Source: an uncultured virus (IMG/VR IMGVR_UViG_3300030103_005378) (Duplodnaviria > Heunggongvirae > Uroviricota > Caudoviricetes). Taken from it: DNA of 64,000 bases. Below, piece after piece: positions 1-10,677 of the stretch; the stretch's first letter is position 1; each line of letters opens with the position of its first letter. The stretch lies in the IMG/VR virus record IMGVR_UViG_3300030103_005378, one strand, 5' to 3'. The notes beneath the pieces were generated by a model. It saw only the letters and a program-made list of their open reading frames with translations, had not been told where the DNA came from and did not search any database. The translations under genes and the position numbers were made by a program.

Positions 1-252
1 ATAGAATTATTAAATGATCAACAAAATCCTAAAGAAACATATCGTCCACTTCCATTTGATACTCTTAAAGGAGCTCTTCAAGAATGGTTATCACCTGAGG
101 AAGATGAAGAAGGAGAAATTTCATCTGAACCTGCTGTAGGATTTGATGATGAAAAACCTGAATCAAACTATAGTCTTTCTACTAAAAAGAAAGAAACCAA
201 AGCAGATAAGTTTGATGAAATGTTTGATAAAGAAGACGATTTACCATTTTAA
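1..252 (+). CDS. Partial CDS: acidic C-terminal part of a probable single-stranded DNA-binding protein (gp32/SSB-like)
   Basis: Open frame from base 1 ending ...KFDEMFDKEDDLPF-stop; acidic tail with SSB-like DDLPF end; directly upstream of RecA/UvsX. Confidence 0.6.
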   Translation: MELLNDQQNPKETYRPLPFDTLKGALQEWLSPEEDEEGEISSEPAVGFDDEKPESNYSLSTKKKETKADKFDEMFDKEDDLPF

Positions 253-262
253 ATAAAGTTAT

Positions 263-1339
263 ATGCCAAGAAAAAGAAAATCACTGTCTGAAGCAGTAGA
301 TAAGGAACTAAAATCTAGTTTTAATTTAAATAGTTTTAAAAATAAAAAAGGTTTAGCATCTAATGTTAAATTTAAAGCACAAGACTGGATACCACTTTCA
401 CCGGCATTTCAAGAAGTTACATCAGTACCAGGAATACCTTTAGGGCATATTGTTTTACTTAGAGGACATTCAGATACAGGAAAAACTACCGCGCTACTTG
501 AAGCAGCAGTTGCTGCTCAAAAGCGTGGTATACTACCTGTTTTCATCATCACAGAAATGAAATGGTCATGGGAACATGCTAAAATGATGGGTTTTGAAGT
601 TAATGAAATATTTGATGAAGAAACAGGTGAGCTAATTGATTATGAAGGTCAATTTCTTTATGTTGATAGAGAAACTATTAACACAATTGAAGATGTTGCT
701 GCATTTATTCTAGATTTAATGGATGAACAAAAGAAAGGTAATTTACCATATGATCTTTTATTTTTATGGGATTCAATTGGTTCTGTACCTTGTGAAATGT
801 CTGTTAAATCAAACAAAAACAACAATGAATGGAATGCAGGTGCTATGTCAACTCAATTCGGAAATAATGTTAACCAGCGTATTACATTATCACGTAAAGA
901 AAGCTCAAAATACACGAATACTTTAGTTTGTGTTAATAAAGTTTGGGCAGCTAAACCTGTTGTACCTATGGGACAACCTAAATTAATGAATAAAGGTGGT
1001 TTTGCAATGTGGTTTGATGCTACATTTGTAGTAACATTTGGAAATATTGCAGATTCTGGAACATCCAAGCTAAAAGCTATCAAAGATGGTAAACAAGTAG
1101 AATTTGCTAAACGAACCAATTTACAGATTGATAAAAATCACATTAATGGTATACAATCTAGAGGAAGAATTATTATGACCCCTCATGGATTTATTACAGA
1201 CACAGATAAAGATTTAAAGAAATACAAAGAATCACAAGTAGAAGAGTGGAGACGTGTGTTAGGTGGAGGAGACTTTAATATAATTGAAGAAAATTCCGAT
1301 ACTTCACAAGTTGAAGCCTTTGTTACTGAACCAGAATAA
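263..1339 (+). CDS. RecA/UvsX-like recombinase
   Basis: Walker A GHSDTGKTT, Walker B FLWDS, KGG motif, 358 aa; replication cluster context. Confidence 0.85.
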   Translation: MPRKRKSLSEAVDKELKSSFNLNSFKNKKGLASNVKFKAQDWIPLSPAFQEVTSVPGIPLGHIVLLRGHSDTGKTTALLEAAVAAQKRGILPVFIITEMKWSWEHAKMMGFEVNEIFDEETGELIDYEGQFLYVDRETINTIEDVAAFILDLMDEQKKGNLPYDLLFLWDSIGSVPCEMSVKSNKNNNEWNAGAMSTQFGNNVNQRITLSRKESSKYTNTLVCVNKVWAAKPVVPMGQPKLMNKGGFAMWFDATFVVTFGNIADSGTSKLKAIKDGKQVEFAKRTNLQIDKNHINGIQSRGRIIMTPHGFITDTDKDLKKYKESQVEEWRRVLGGGDFNIIEENSDTSQVEAFVTEPE

Positions 1340-1346
1340 AAGTTAT

Positions 1347-2375
1347 ATGAAAAAAGACCTTCTAAACCTCCTTGATAATATTCAAGAAAACGGACAAGAA
1401 TTGCCAACAACCGAACGATATATGCTCATCGACGGCTTAAATTTGTTTTTCAGAAATTTTAGTGTTATAAGAGCTGTCAACCCCGATGGGGCACATATTG
1501 GAGGTTTAGGGGGATTTTTTCGATCACTTGGTTTTTTGATTAAACATATCCAACCAACTCAAGTATATGTTGTGTTTGATGGGGTTGGGTCTTCTAATAA
1601 TAGAAAAAACATTATCCCTGAATATAAATCTAATAGGAATGTAAATAGAATTACTAATTGGGATATATTTGATAACATAGAAGAAGAAGACCAAGCTAAA
1701 GTTGACCAAATCACCAGAATAATTCAGTACCTAAAAACCCTTCCAGTAAAAACTATATCAATTGATAAAGTAGAAGCAGATGATATTATAGCTTATTTAG
1801 CTCAAACATTACCTACTAAACCTGATGATAGGGCTTTTATAGTATCTAGTGATAAAGATTATCTTCAATTAGTTGATGAAAACACTGTTGTTTATAGACC
1901 AATTGAAAAAGAGTTTTATGTAAGTCAAACTGTAAAGGATAAATTTAAAGTTACACCTCACAATTTTTTACTATATAAATTATTAATGGGAGATAACTCT
2001 GATGGAATACCAGGTATTAAAGGATTAGGACTTAAAAAATTATATAAATTATTTCCTGAACTTACAGAAAAAAATATGTCTTTTGATGATCTATTAGATT
2101 TATGTGAAGAAAAATTAAAAGATCATGTAATATATGCTCGTGTTTTACACGATATAGAATTATTAGAAAATAAATATAAGGTTATGGATCTGTCAAATCC
2201 TATGATGGATGATAAGGATAAAATGTTTATAGATAAGTTTGTAGAAAATGAACCTTTAAACTATTTACCTTCACAATTTGTAGAAATGTATCAACAAGAC
2301 CAACTTGGAGGTTTAATAAGAAATGTTGATATATGGATTAAAGAAGTTTTTGAAAATTTGTTGGAAGACAAATAA
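1347..2375 (+). CDS. 5'-3' exonuclease / RNase H (FEN/PolA N-terminal type)
   Basis: Motifs LIDGLN, VVFDG, EYKSNR, EADD, SSDKD, GDNSDGIPGIKGLG; start at ATG 1347. Confidence 0.92.
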   Translation: MKKDLLNLLDNIQENGQELPTTERYMLIDGLNLFFRNFSVIRAVNPDGAHIGGLGGFFRSLGFLIKHIQPTQVYVVFDGVGSSNNRKNIIPEYKSNRNVNRITNWDIFDNIEEEDQAKVDQITRIIQYLKTLPVKTISIDKVEADDIIAYLAQTLPTKPDDRAFIVSSDKDYLQLVDENTVVYRPIEKEFYVSQTVKDKFKVTPHNFLLYKLLMGDNSDGIPGIKGLGLKKLYKLFPELTEKNMSFDDLLDLCEEKLKDHVIYARVLHDIELLENKYKVMDLSNPMMDDKDKMFIDKFVENEPLNYLPSQFVEMYQQDQLGGLIRNVDIWIKEVFENLLEDK

Positions 2376-2408
2376 ATTATTGTTACATTTAAATAAAAGT
2401 TATAAAAA

Positions 2409-3770
2409 ATGACGTTAAAATCAATTGACGAATATGGACCAGTCTTTCAAATGAAAGTAATTTCTTCCCTGTTAACACATAAGAATTTTTTACAAAATAT
2501 AAATGATGTTTTAGATAGTGAATATTTCACCAACCCAGCACATAAATGGGTTATAAATGAAATATTAGATTATTATGAAAAATATCATACTACTATTTCA
2601 ATGGATATTTTAAAAGTTGAAATGAAAAAAGTAGAGAATGAAGTACTTCAAGTTTCAATTAGAGAACAACTTCGTGAAGCATATAAAGCAGATATTGATG
2701 ATTTAGCTTATGTTCAAGAAGAATTCTCTGCATTTTGTAAAAACCAACAACTTAAAAAAGCATTATTAAATAGTGTTGATTTACTTAAAGCAGGGGATTA
2801 TGATTCTATAAAATTTATGATTGAAGCAGCTATGAAAGCTGGTCAAGATAAAAATATAGGACATGAATATAGAAAAGATGTAGAGTCTAGATATAGAGAA
2901 GATCATAGAACAATTGTCCCAACTCCTTGGGAACCTATAAACCAATTAATACAAGGTGGTTTAGGTAATGGTGACTTAGGATTAATATTTGGTAACCCAG
3001 GTGGTGGTAAATCTTGGACATTAGTTGCTTTGGGTGGGTTTGCTGTTAAAATGGGATATAATGTAATCCATTATACACTAGAATTAAGTGAATCTTATAC
3101 AGGTAGACGATATGATGCTTTCTTTACTAGTGTACCTGTAGATACATTAGAAAAACATAAAACTAAAGTAGAAGAAACAGTACCCGAACTCCCAGGCGAA
3201 TTAATAATTAAAGAATATCCTATGGGTAAAACTACTATGTCTACAATAGAAGCGCATATTAAAAAAGTTACTGATTTAGGAATCAAACCTGATCTAATTC
3301 TTATTGATTATATTGATTTACTTTCAACAAAAAAGAAAACAGTTGATCGTAAAGGTGAAATTGATGATATTTATACTAGTACAAAGGGATTGGCAAGACA
3401 ACTAAATATACCGATATGGTCGGTTTCCCAAGTAAATAGAGCAGGCGCTAAAGATAATGTCATAGAAGGTGACAAAGCAGCTGGTAGCTACGATAAAATG
3501 ATGATAACAGATCTGTCAATCTCTCTATCACGGAAAAAAGAAGATAAAGTTAACGGAACAGGAAGATTTCACATTATGAAAAACCGATATGGGATGGATG
3601 GCCTTACCTATCAAGTAAATGTAGACACAACTATTGGAAAAATAGAGATTGGAGATGTCTATGATGATGAAGCTGATACCGTTGTATTACCAAATTCTTC
3701 AAGTCATGATAATTTTGACAATTTAGATCGTCAAATGTTAAAAAGAAAGTTCTTTGAATTAAATTCATAA
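2409..3770 (+). CDS. Replicative DnaB/gp41-like helicase
   Basis: GNPGGGKS, YTLEL, ILIDYIDL, SQVNR, KNRYG motifs. Confidence 0.92.
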   Translation: MTLKSIDEYGPVFQMKVISSLLTHKNFLQNINDVLDSEYFTNPAHKWVINEILDYYEKYHTTISMDILKVEMKKVENEVLQVSIREQLREAYKADIDDLAYVQEEFSAFCKNQQLKKALLNSVDLLKAGDYDSIKFMIEAAMKAGQDKNIGHEYRKDVESRYREDHRTIVPTPWEPINQLIQGGLGNGDLGLIFGNPGGGKSWTLVALGGFAVKMGYNVIHYTLELSESYTGRRYDAFFTSVPVDTLEKHKTKVEETVPELPGELIIKEYPMGKTTMSTIEAHIKKVTDLGIKPDLILIDYIDLLSTKKKTVDRKGEIDDIYTSTKGLARQLNIPIWSVSQVNRAGAKDNVIEGDKAAGSYDKMMITDLSISLSRKKEDKVNGTGRFHIMKNRYGMDGLTYQVNVDTTIGKIEIGDVYDDEADTVVLPNSSSHDNFDNLDRQMLKRKFFELNS

Positions 3771-3791
3771 CCTAAAAATTTTATTAAAAAA

Positions 3792-4781
3792 ATGTCTAAA
3801 AAAACAAACTTACTACAAGAAAGAATAGTCTATAAACCTTTTGAATACCCCCAAGCCTTTGACTATTGGCTAAAACAACAACAAGCTCATTGGATACACA
3901 CAGAAGTACCTATGATGTCAGATGTAAATGACTGGAAACAAAATCTTACAGAAACTGAAAAAAATATAATAGGTTCAATTTTAAAAGGGTTTGCACAAAC
4001 TGAAACCGTTGTAAATGATTATTGGACAGGATTAGTTACAAAATGGTTTAGAAAACCTGAAATTATAGCAATGGCCACAACTTTTGGTGCTATGGAAACT
4101 ATTCACGCTGAAGCTTATTCTTTATTGAATGAAGAATTAGGATTAGATGATTTTAGTGAATTTTTAGAAGATGAAACCACAATGGCTAAAATAGAAACAT
4201 TAATGGATGTTAGAGATTCATTTAATGGAGAAGTAGATTGGCATGAAAGAGCTAAATCGTTAGCTGTATTTTCTGCATTTACAGAAGGTGTAAATTTATT
4301 TTCTTCATTTGCTGTTTTACTTTCATTTAAAATGAGAAACAAATTAAAAGGTGTAGGACAAATTGTTGAATGGAGTATTAGAGATGAATCAATGCACTCA
4401 GAAGCAGGGTGTTGGTTATTTAGAACATTATTAGAAGAAAACCCACATTTAAAAACACCTGAATTAGAAGCATCAATTAATGAAGCTGCATTACTTTCTC
4501 TTCAACTTGAATTAGATTTTATAGATAAAGTTTATGAATTAGGTGATCTTGAAGGATGTTCAAAATATGACCTACAAAATTTTATTAAAAATAGAGTCAA
4601 TACAAAACTATCAGACTTAGGATATAGACCCATTATATTAGATGTTGATATGACTTCAGTTAAAAACATGAAATGGTTTGATTCATTAAGTGCTGGAAAG
4701 CAACATACAGACTTTTTTGCTAATAGAGTAACAAATTATAGTAAAGGACACTTAGAGTGGGATTCCACTTCAATATTTTAA
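3792..4781 (+). CDS. nrdB: Ribonucleotide reductase class I beta subunit
   Basis: YKPFEYP, ETIHAEAY, EGVNLFSSF, RDESMH di-metal ligands, DFFANRVTNY tail. Confidence 0.95.
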   Translation: MSKKTNLLQERIVYKPFEYPQAFDYWLKQQQAHWIHTEVPMMSDVNDWKQNLTETEKNIIGSILKGFAQTETVVNDYWTGLVTKWFRKPEIIAMATTFGAMETIHAEAYSLLNEELGLDDFSEFLEDETTMAKIETLMDVRDSFNGEVDWHERAKSLAVFSAFTEGVNLFSSFAVLLSFKMRNKLKGVGQIVEWSIRDESMHSEAGCWLFRTLLEENPHLKTPELEASINEAALLSLQLELDFIDKVYELGDLEGCSKYDLQNFIKNRVNTKLSDLGYRPIILDVDMTSVKNMKWFDSLSAGKQHTDFFANRVTNYSKGHLEWDSTSIF

Positions 4782-4786
4782 AAGTT

Positions 4787-6496
4787 ATGGATAACAATTT
4801 AATTGCAGATTATACACAATGGGAAAAAGGTAAAGATTACCCTGAATTTTTAGATGAAGTAGCTTTGTCTACAATCTCAAAGGGATATCTCCTCCCAGGT
4901 GAAACACCTAAAAAAGCATATAGAAGAGTAGCTAATGCAGTTGCTGATAGATTAGAACGACCTGATTTAGCAGGAAAGTTTTTTAAATATATTTGGAATG
5001 GGTGGATTGGTTTAGCTTCCCCTGTCTTATCAAATACTGGAACAGATAGAGGTTTACCTATCTCATGTTTTGGAATTGATACTCCTGACTCAGTTAGAGG
5101 TATTGGTTTAACAAATGCTGAACTAATGAGATTAACTTCTTATGGTGGGGGTGTTGGTATTTCTTTATCTAAAATTAGAGGAAGAGGTGCTTCAATTAGA
5201 GGAAATGGTAAAAGTGAAGGTGTAGTACCTTGGGCTAAAATTTATGATTCAACCATTATAGCAACCAACCAAGGATCAGTAAGAAGAGGAGCAGCATCTG
5301 TTAATCTAAATATTAACCACCCAGATATTAAAGAATTTTTACAAATTCGTAGACCTAAAGGTGACCCAAATAGACAGTGTTTAAATTTACACCAATGTGT
5401 AGTTGTTGATGATACCTTTATGAGAAAATTAAATGATCGAGATCAAGAAGCAATGGATTTATGGTTAGAAATTTTAAAGTCACGGGTTGAAACAGGTGAA
5501 CCTTATATAATGTTTGAAGATAACATTAATAAAGATAATCCTATGGCATATTTAATGAATAATTTAAACGTGTCTATGACTAATATTTGTTCTGAAATAA
5601 CACTACACACAGACGAAGAGCATTCATTTATATGTTGTTTATCTTCATTAAATTTAGCTAAATACGATGAATGGAAAGATACTGATGTAGTTGAAACTGC
5701 TGTTTACTTTTTAGATGGTGTAATGCAAGAATTTATAGATAAAACTAGTGGACAAGAATCTATGAAGCGTACACATAGACATGCTTCAAAAGGCAGAGCA
5801 TTAGGTTTAGGAGTAATGGGTTGGCATACCTTTTTACAAAAGAAAAATTTACCTTTTAATTCAATTGCTTCTACAGCTTGGACACACACCATTTTTAGTA
5901 ATATAAAACTTAAAGCAGAAGCAGCAAGTAGACAATTAGCCCAAGAATACGGTGAACCTTTATGGTGTAAAGGTACTGGAATGAGAAATACTCATGTTTT
6001 AGCTATTGCCCCTACTGTCTCCAATTCTAGAATTAGCAACTGCTCAGCTGGTATTGAGCCTTATCCTGCTAATATGTACACATTTAATGGTGCTAAAGGC
6101 ACATTTATTGTTAAAAATCCAGATTTACAAAATCTTCTAAGAGAAAAAGGTCATGATATAGATAAAGTATGGGATCAAATTTTAGCAGATGATGGGTCTG
6201 TTCAAAATTTACCAAGTGAAGTATTAAATGAAGATGATAAAGAAGTATTTTTAACTTTTGCAGAAATTAATCAATTAGGTTTAGTTCAGCAAGCTGCTAT
6301 TAGACAAAAATATATAGATCAAACTCAATCTCTTAATTTATGTTTTTCACCAACTGACTCACCTAGATGGATAAATCAAGTTCATATAGAAGCATGGAAA
6401 TTAGGAATAAAAACCCTTTATTACCTAAGAACAGACTCAGTAATTAAAGGAGATTTAGGATCAAGAATTGCAGATTGTGTAAGTTGTGACGGTTAA
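4787..6496 (+). CDS. nrdA: Ribonucleotide reductase class I alpha subunit (short, no evident ATP cone)
   Basis: SPVLSN, PISCF, GGGVG, TNICSEI, CCLSSLNL, AIAPTVS, KTLYY, C-terminal CVSCDG. Confidence 0.95.
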   Translation: MDNNLIADYTQWEKGKDYPEFLDEVALSTISKGYLLPGETPKKAYRRVANAVADRLERPDLAGKFFKYIWNGWIGLASPVLSNTGTDRGLPISCFGIDTPDSVRGIGLTNAELMRLTSYGGGVGISLSKIRGRGASIRGNGKSEGVVPWAKIYDSTIIATNQGSVRRGAASVNLNINHPDIKEFLQIRRPKGDPNRQCLNLHQCVVVDDTFMRKLNDRDQEAMDLWLEILKSRVETGEPYIMFEDNINKDNPMAYLMNNLNVSMTNICSEITLHTDEEHSFICCLSSLNLAKYDEWKDTDVVETAVYFLDGVMQEFIDKTSGQESMKRTHRHASKGRALGLGVMGWHTFLQKKNLPFNSIASTAWTHTIFSNIKLKAEAASRQLAQEYGEPLWCKGTGMRNTHVLAIAPTVSNSRISNCSAGIEPYPANMYTFNGAKGTFIVKNPDLQNLLREKGHDIDKVWDQILADDGSVQNLPSEVLNEDDKEVFLTFAEINQLGLVQQAAIRQKYIDQTQSLNLCFSPTDSPRWINQVHIEAWKLGIKTLYYLRTDSVIKGDLGSRIADCVSCDG

Positions 6497-6520
6497 CAAT
6501 ATTTATTAACAAACAACACT

Positions 6521-6766
6521 ATGAAGTTTGTAAAAGATATTTTTAAAGAAGACCTAAACGACAGTAAATATTCCTCTAAAAAAACAATGGGTATTATTTC
6601 TGGGATTCTTGTTTGTATTGCCTTTATAGGTGATGGTTTTCATTTTTTTTCAATAAATGAAAGATTATTTGACTCAATGCTTATCTTCTCAGCCACTATG
6701 TTGGGTGTTTCAACAATTAAAGCCTTTGCTAACTCTAAAACAAATAAAACAGACTCCAATGGATAA
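6521..6766 (+). CDS. Putative holin-like two-TM membrane protein
   Basis: Two hydrophobic segments; overlaps start of amidase. Confidence 0.45.
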   Translation: MKFVKDIFKEDLNDSKYSSKKTMGIISGILVCIAFIGDGFHFFSINERLFDSMLIFSATMLGVSTIKAFANSKTNKTDSNG

Positions 6767-7463
6767 AACAATAAAATGTCCTAATTGTGGGACAGAATAT
6801 GATCTTACTGTTACCCAAAATAACCCAACACCTAAATCAAATTATCTTTGGATATTTGATAATGGGCATGGTGGTATTATAGATGGGGTATACCAAACAC
6901 CAGGCAAAAGATCACCTGTGTGGCCTGATGGGACTCAATTATTTGAAGGAGAATTTAATAGAGCAATTGTAAATCGTTTAGTTAAAATGTGCAATGAAGC
7001 AGGAATCGAATATATTAATTTAGTTGACACTCAAGAAGATATAAGCCTTTCAGAACGTGTTAAAACAGCCAACCAAATAGCAAAATCTTCATCACAAAAA
7101 TGCATATATGTAAGTGTACATGCTAATGGATTTAGTAGTGAGTCTGCTAATGGGTGGTCAGTGTATACTTCAGTAGGTGAAACTAAATCGGATGATATAG
7201 CTACTATATTATTTGAAAAAGCACTTAGAGAGTTTCCAGGAGAATATATGAGAAAAGATACGTATTCAGATGGAGATGTAGATCAAGAATCTAATTTTTA
7301 CGTTCTTATTAATACTTCAATGCCTGCAATACTTTCTGAAAATTTTTTTATGACTAATTCAGATAACTGTCACAAGTATCTTTTATCAGAAGAAGGTAGA
7401 GATAGAATAGCTAAAGTTCATTTCCAAATGATTCAAGAAGTTGAATCTAGTAAAATAGTATAA
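6759..7463 (+). CDS. N-acetylmuramoyl-L-alanine amidase (Amidase_3), endolysin candidate, with N-terminal CxxC
   Basis: DNGHGG, E, SVHAN, FYVL...PAILSE zinc amidase motifs. Confidence 0.9.
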   Translation: MDKTIKCPNCGTEYDLTVTQNNPTPKSNYLWIFDNGHGGIIDGVYQTPGKRSPVWPDGTQLFEGEFNRAIVNRLVKMCNEAGIEYINLVDTQEDISLSERVKTANQIAKSSSQKCIYVSVHANGFSSESANGWSVYTSVGETKSDDIATILFEKALREFPGEYMRKDTYSDGDVDQESNFYVLINTSMPAILSENFFMTNSDNCHKYLLSEEGRDRIAKVHFQMIQEVESSKIV

Positions 7464-7482
7464 ACCCCCAAAAATCAATATA

Positions 7483-7638
7483 ATGAATAAAATCAAATCA
7501 ATCGTAAACTCATCATGGTTCCGAGCTGCTTTAGCAGGTGGAGTTGGTGTTGCATTATTGTTAAAAGGTGCTGTATTATATGCAGGTATTGCATTCGGTA
7601 TTGGAGTAAGAGAATTCTTACTTGCTTTTAAATCATAA
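7483..7638 (+). CDS. 51-aa hydrophobic membrane peptide (not in ORF track)
   Basis: MNKIKSIVNSSWFRAALAGGVGVALLLKGAVLYAGIAFGIGVREFLLAFKS, followed by a hairpin. Confidence 0.6.
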   Translation: MNKIKSIVNSSWFRAALAGGVGVALLLKGAVLYAGIAFGIGVREFLLAFKS

Positions 7639-7656
7639 TTTTATTTAAAAATATTT

Positions 7657-7682
7657 GGAGCCCCAAGAGGGGCTCCTTATTT
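7657..7682 (+). terminator. Intrinsic terminator-like hairpin
   Basis: GGAGCCCC-AAGA-GGGGCTCC then TTATTT. Confidence 0.65.
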
Positions 7683-7690
7683 TACACGCT

Positions 7691-8713
7691 ATGAAACGAT
7701 TTTTCCCAATATTAATTTTAGTAGCTGCTTTAAGTTTAGCAACAGTAGCGGCATATTATAGTGTTTTTGGTATTAGTAAGTTATTTGCATCACAAGCAAC
7801 AGCAGTTATTATAATGGCTGGCATACTTGAAGCATCTAAACTGATTACTGCTTCATATTTAGAAAGATTCTGGAAGACTATCCATTGGCTTAAAAAAACA
7901 TACCTTATTACAGCTTTAATTGCATTGATGGCTATAACCTCACTTGGAATTTACGGATTTTTAGTTTCTGCATATCAAGAAACATCCTATAAAATGCAAG
8001 CAGTAGATAAACAAGTTGAAGTTCAAGTAAAAAAACGAGATAGATATAAACAACAAATAAAAAACATATCAAAAGAACAACAAGATATAAATACTCAAAT
8101 TATTCAATTAAGTGAAAGTTTAGGTAATAATGTTATTCAATATACTAATAGTGAAGGGCAACTTATAACTACTCAATCATCTTCAACTCGTAGAATTATA
8201 CAACAACAATTAGATTCTCAAACTGCTAGAAGAGATAGTATAGCTTTAAAACAAGATGCTTTAAATGATAGTGTAACCCAACTTGATTTAAATATATTAG
8301 ACCTAGAAACTAACTCAGATGTTGCTGCTGAAATTGGACCTTTAAAATATGTTGCTAATATTACAGGAAAAGATACTGACCAAGTAGTAAATTGGTTTAT
8401 ATTAGTTTTTATATTTGTTTTTGATCCCTTAGCTGTTATGTTACTTATTTCTGCAAATAATTTATTTTTAAAAAATAAACCTAAAGTTAACTTATATAAA
8501 GAAAAAAAAAGAACATTAGTTAAAAAACAACCAACCCCTAAAATCATTTTACCTTCATCTCCCCCTCTAATTTCAAAAGAAAAACAACAATATTTAGATG
8601 AAATCCAAAAAATCCAAAAACAAGGAGCATCTAGTAAAAAATCAGGGATTGCTATACAAAATTTACAACAAAAAATAAAAGAAATAGACGAAGATAACAC
8701 TAAAACTTATTAA
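7691..8713 (+). CDS. Membrane protein with three N-terminal TM helices, long coiled coil and a further TM
   Basis: Hydropathy pattern, Q/K-rich heptads, EIGPLKY and FDPLA motifs. Confidence 0.65.
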   Translation: MKRFFPILILVAALSLATVAAYYSVFGISKLFASQATAVIIMAGILEASKLITASYLERFWKTIHWLKKTYLITALIALMAITSLGIYGFLVSAYQETSYKMQAVDKQVEVQVKKRDRYKQQIKNISKEQQDINTQIIQLSESLGNNVIQYTNSEGQLITTQSSSTRRIIQQQLDSQTARRDSIALKQDALNDSVTQLDLNILDLETNSDVAAEIGPLKYVANITGKDTDQVVNWFILVFIFVFDPLAVMLLISANNLFLKNKPKVNLYKEKKRTLVKKQPTPKIILPSSPPLISKEKQQYLDEIQKIQKQGASSKKSGIAIQNLQQKIKEIDEDNTKTY

Positions 8714-8754
8714 GGTTACGTGTTTTTTTAAAGGTTATTAATTATATTTAGGTT

Positions 8755-9549
8755 ATGAAAAAAGTAAAAATATCTCACGAAGTACCATTTTGTTTATTAA
8801 GTAAAAGTCTTGAATTTAATGACTATGATTATTGTTTACCTCATTTATTAGATCAAAATGAAGAGTATAGAACATTTTTTAATAATGTTAAAAGTATAGG
8901 TAGATATGTTGTAATGGATAATTCACTACATGAATTAGGAGAAGCATATAATACAGATCGTTTACTACATTGGATTAAAGAAATTAAACCTGATGAATTT
9001 ATAGTACCTGATGTTTGGGAAGATTATAGCGAATCAGTTAGAAATGCTAAAATATGGTCTCAAATTGAATTACCTGAAGGAGTTACTAAGGTTGCAGTAG
9101 TACAAGCTAAAACACAACATTATGCAGCGTTATGTACTCAAATGTATAAAGATTTAGGATATAAAAAAATAGCATATTCATACGGTGCTTCATATTATAA
9201 TGATGTTTGCCCCCACCCAAATAAAGATTTTGGTAAAGCAATTGGTAGATATATGGTTATAAACAATTTAATAAAAGATGGAATATTATCCCCAACAGAT
9301 AGAGTACATTTATTAGGCACTGCTTCCCCAATTGAATTTGGATTATATAAAAACATGAAATGTATTGAATCAATAGATACATCAAACCCAGTAATGGCGG
9401 GCATTGAACAAAAAATGTATTTTGATTTAGGTTTACCTCATAAACCAGAGGCAAATATGAATAATTTTCAAGATATAGAAGAAAAGGATGCTAATTTAGA
9501 GTTTATAGAGTATAATGTTAAAAAGTTTCGTGAAATAAACGGATTATAG
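8755..9549 (+). CDS. TGT-fold DpdA-like 7-deazaguanine transglycosylase candidate
   Basis: VMDNS, IVPDV, VAVVQ, VHLLG, SIDTSNP motifs resemble the TGT/DpdA barrel; queCDE nearby. Confidence 0.6.
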   Translation: MKKVKISHEVPFCLLSKSLEFNDYDYCLPHLLDQNEEYRTFFNNVKSIGRYVVMDNSLHELGEAYNTDRLLHWIKEIKPDEFIVPDVWEDYSESVRNAKIWSQIELPEGVTKVAVVQAKTQHYAALCTQMYKDLGYKKIAYSYGASYYNDVCPHPNKDFGKAIGRYMVINNLIKDGILSPTDRVHLLGTASPIEFGLYKNMKCIESIDTSNPVMAGIEQKMYFDLGLPHKPEANMNNFQDIEEKDANLEFIEYNVKKFREINGL

Positions 9550-9550
9550 C

Positions 9551-9580
9551 TTGGAGATTACAAGTTTTTTTCTTATATTA
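9551..9580 (+). promoter_or_regulatory. Bacteroidota-type promoter (TTG-N20-TATATT) upstream of the cassette array
   Basis: Same fixed spacing at 2361, 7655, 15253, 20149, 28933, 32616, 33808, 37081, 42035, 45365, 48254. Confidence 0.65.
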
Positions 9581-9596
9581 CTACAAATTAAAGGTT

Positions 9597-10103
9597 ATGT
9601 TATACAATACGTCTGATGAAAAAACTGTAAAACAAAAAATAAAACAGTTACAACCCTTAAATTATAATCAATTCTTTTGGTGGAGACGATATACAACAAA
9701 AACCCCACCATTACCAAAAAAATCAACATTTTTAGATCGTATTAAAAACGGTGAATATGAATTTTCACATTATTACTGGCAGTGGAAATTAACTGAGATA
9801 GAACTTAATGAAGTATTTAAATCTTATGGTAATGATCATCAAAGATTAATTGAATCAAACCAAGTCGATTTAGCTCGAAGAAAACGATTAATTGAAGATT
9901 TTGAAAAAGATGAAACTGCTAAATTAGAAGCACTACAAAAAGGTTTTTTACGAGAATTTGTTATGACAAAAGATGAGTATGAAGAGCATATTATAAATTT
10001 TGATGGTACAACAGAAGAATTTTATATGTATTGTTTAAAAACATTTGATCGCTCTGGTAGATCAATAGAAAGAAGAGGTAGACCACCAAAACAAAGAAGA
10101 TGA
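9597..10103 (+). CDS. Hypothetical protein with C-terminal AT-hook-like RRGRPPK
   Basis: 168-aa ORF after promoter and AAGGTTATG start. Confidence 0.7.
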   Translation: MLYNTSDEKTVKQKIKQLQPLNYNQFFWWRRYTTKTPPLPKKSTFLDRIKNGEYEFSHYYWQWKLTEIELNEVFKSYGNDHQRLIESNQVDLARRKRLIEDFEKDETAKLEALQKGFLREFVMTKDEYEEHIINFDGTTEEFYMYCLKTFDRSGRSIERRGRPPKQRR

Positions 10104-10216
10104 GACACGAAGATTACGTTAGAGATATGAACTGGGCTTTATCAAAAGGAATTACTATTGGTATTTTTATAGGAATTGTCATAAGTATTTTATTATATTC
10201 AATAACTAAATTATAA
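10100..10216 (+). CDS. Cassette ORF, 38 aa, single TM
   Basis: MRHEELRRDMNWALSKGITIGIFIGIVISILLYSITKL; starts and stops in junction repeats. Confidence 0.65.
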   Translation: MRHEDYVRDMNWALSKGITIGIFIGIVISILLYSITKL

Positions 10217-10228
10217 ACTAAAACAAAG

Positions 10229-10474
10229 ATGAGTAACAAAACAATAGCAATTATAAACTTCAATCAATATGATGGTAAGTATAATACTAAGTCTTATATG
10301 TATTTTGAAACTAAACTACATGCTGAAAGATACTTGATGGGAAACGGTTATCAGACCGATGATATTTTTGGATGGAAAAAGGATTACCTTTATTCAGCTA
10401 AAATCCATATGGAAACATTACATCTAGGTGATGGTGAGCATATTATTGATACTAAACAAAAACAAAGAAGATGA
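10229..10474 (+). CDS. Cassette ORF, 81 aa hypothetical
   Basis: Bounded by junction repeats. Confidence 0.7.
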   Translation: MSNKTIAIINFNQYDGKYNTKSYMYFETKLHAERYLMGNGYQTDDIFGWKKDYLYSAKIHMETLHLGDGEHIIDTKQKQRR

Positions 10475-10677
10475 GAAGTAGAGAAGAAATATATGAAAAA
10501 TTAATAGAAATGAATAAACATAAAGATGAATTATCTCATTTCTTAAATAATCCACCAAATGGGGGTTTGTGGGGCATATCTGAAAAACATCATCAATTCG
10601 AAACACAATGTAGTATGGTTGATTTACTGGAATGGGTGTTGAATATTAAAAACCAAAACAAAGATGAGAAGAATTGA
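10471..10677 (+). CDS. Cassette ORF, 68 aa hypothetical
   Basis: Bounded by junction repeats; ends NQNKDEKN. Confidence 0.7.
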   Translation: MRSREEIYEKLIEMNKHKDELSHFLNNPPNGGLWGISEKHHQFETQCSMVDLLEWVLNIKNQNKDEKN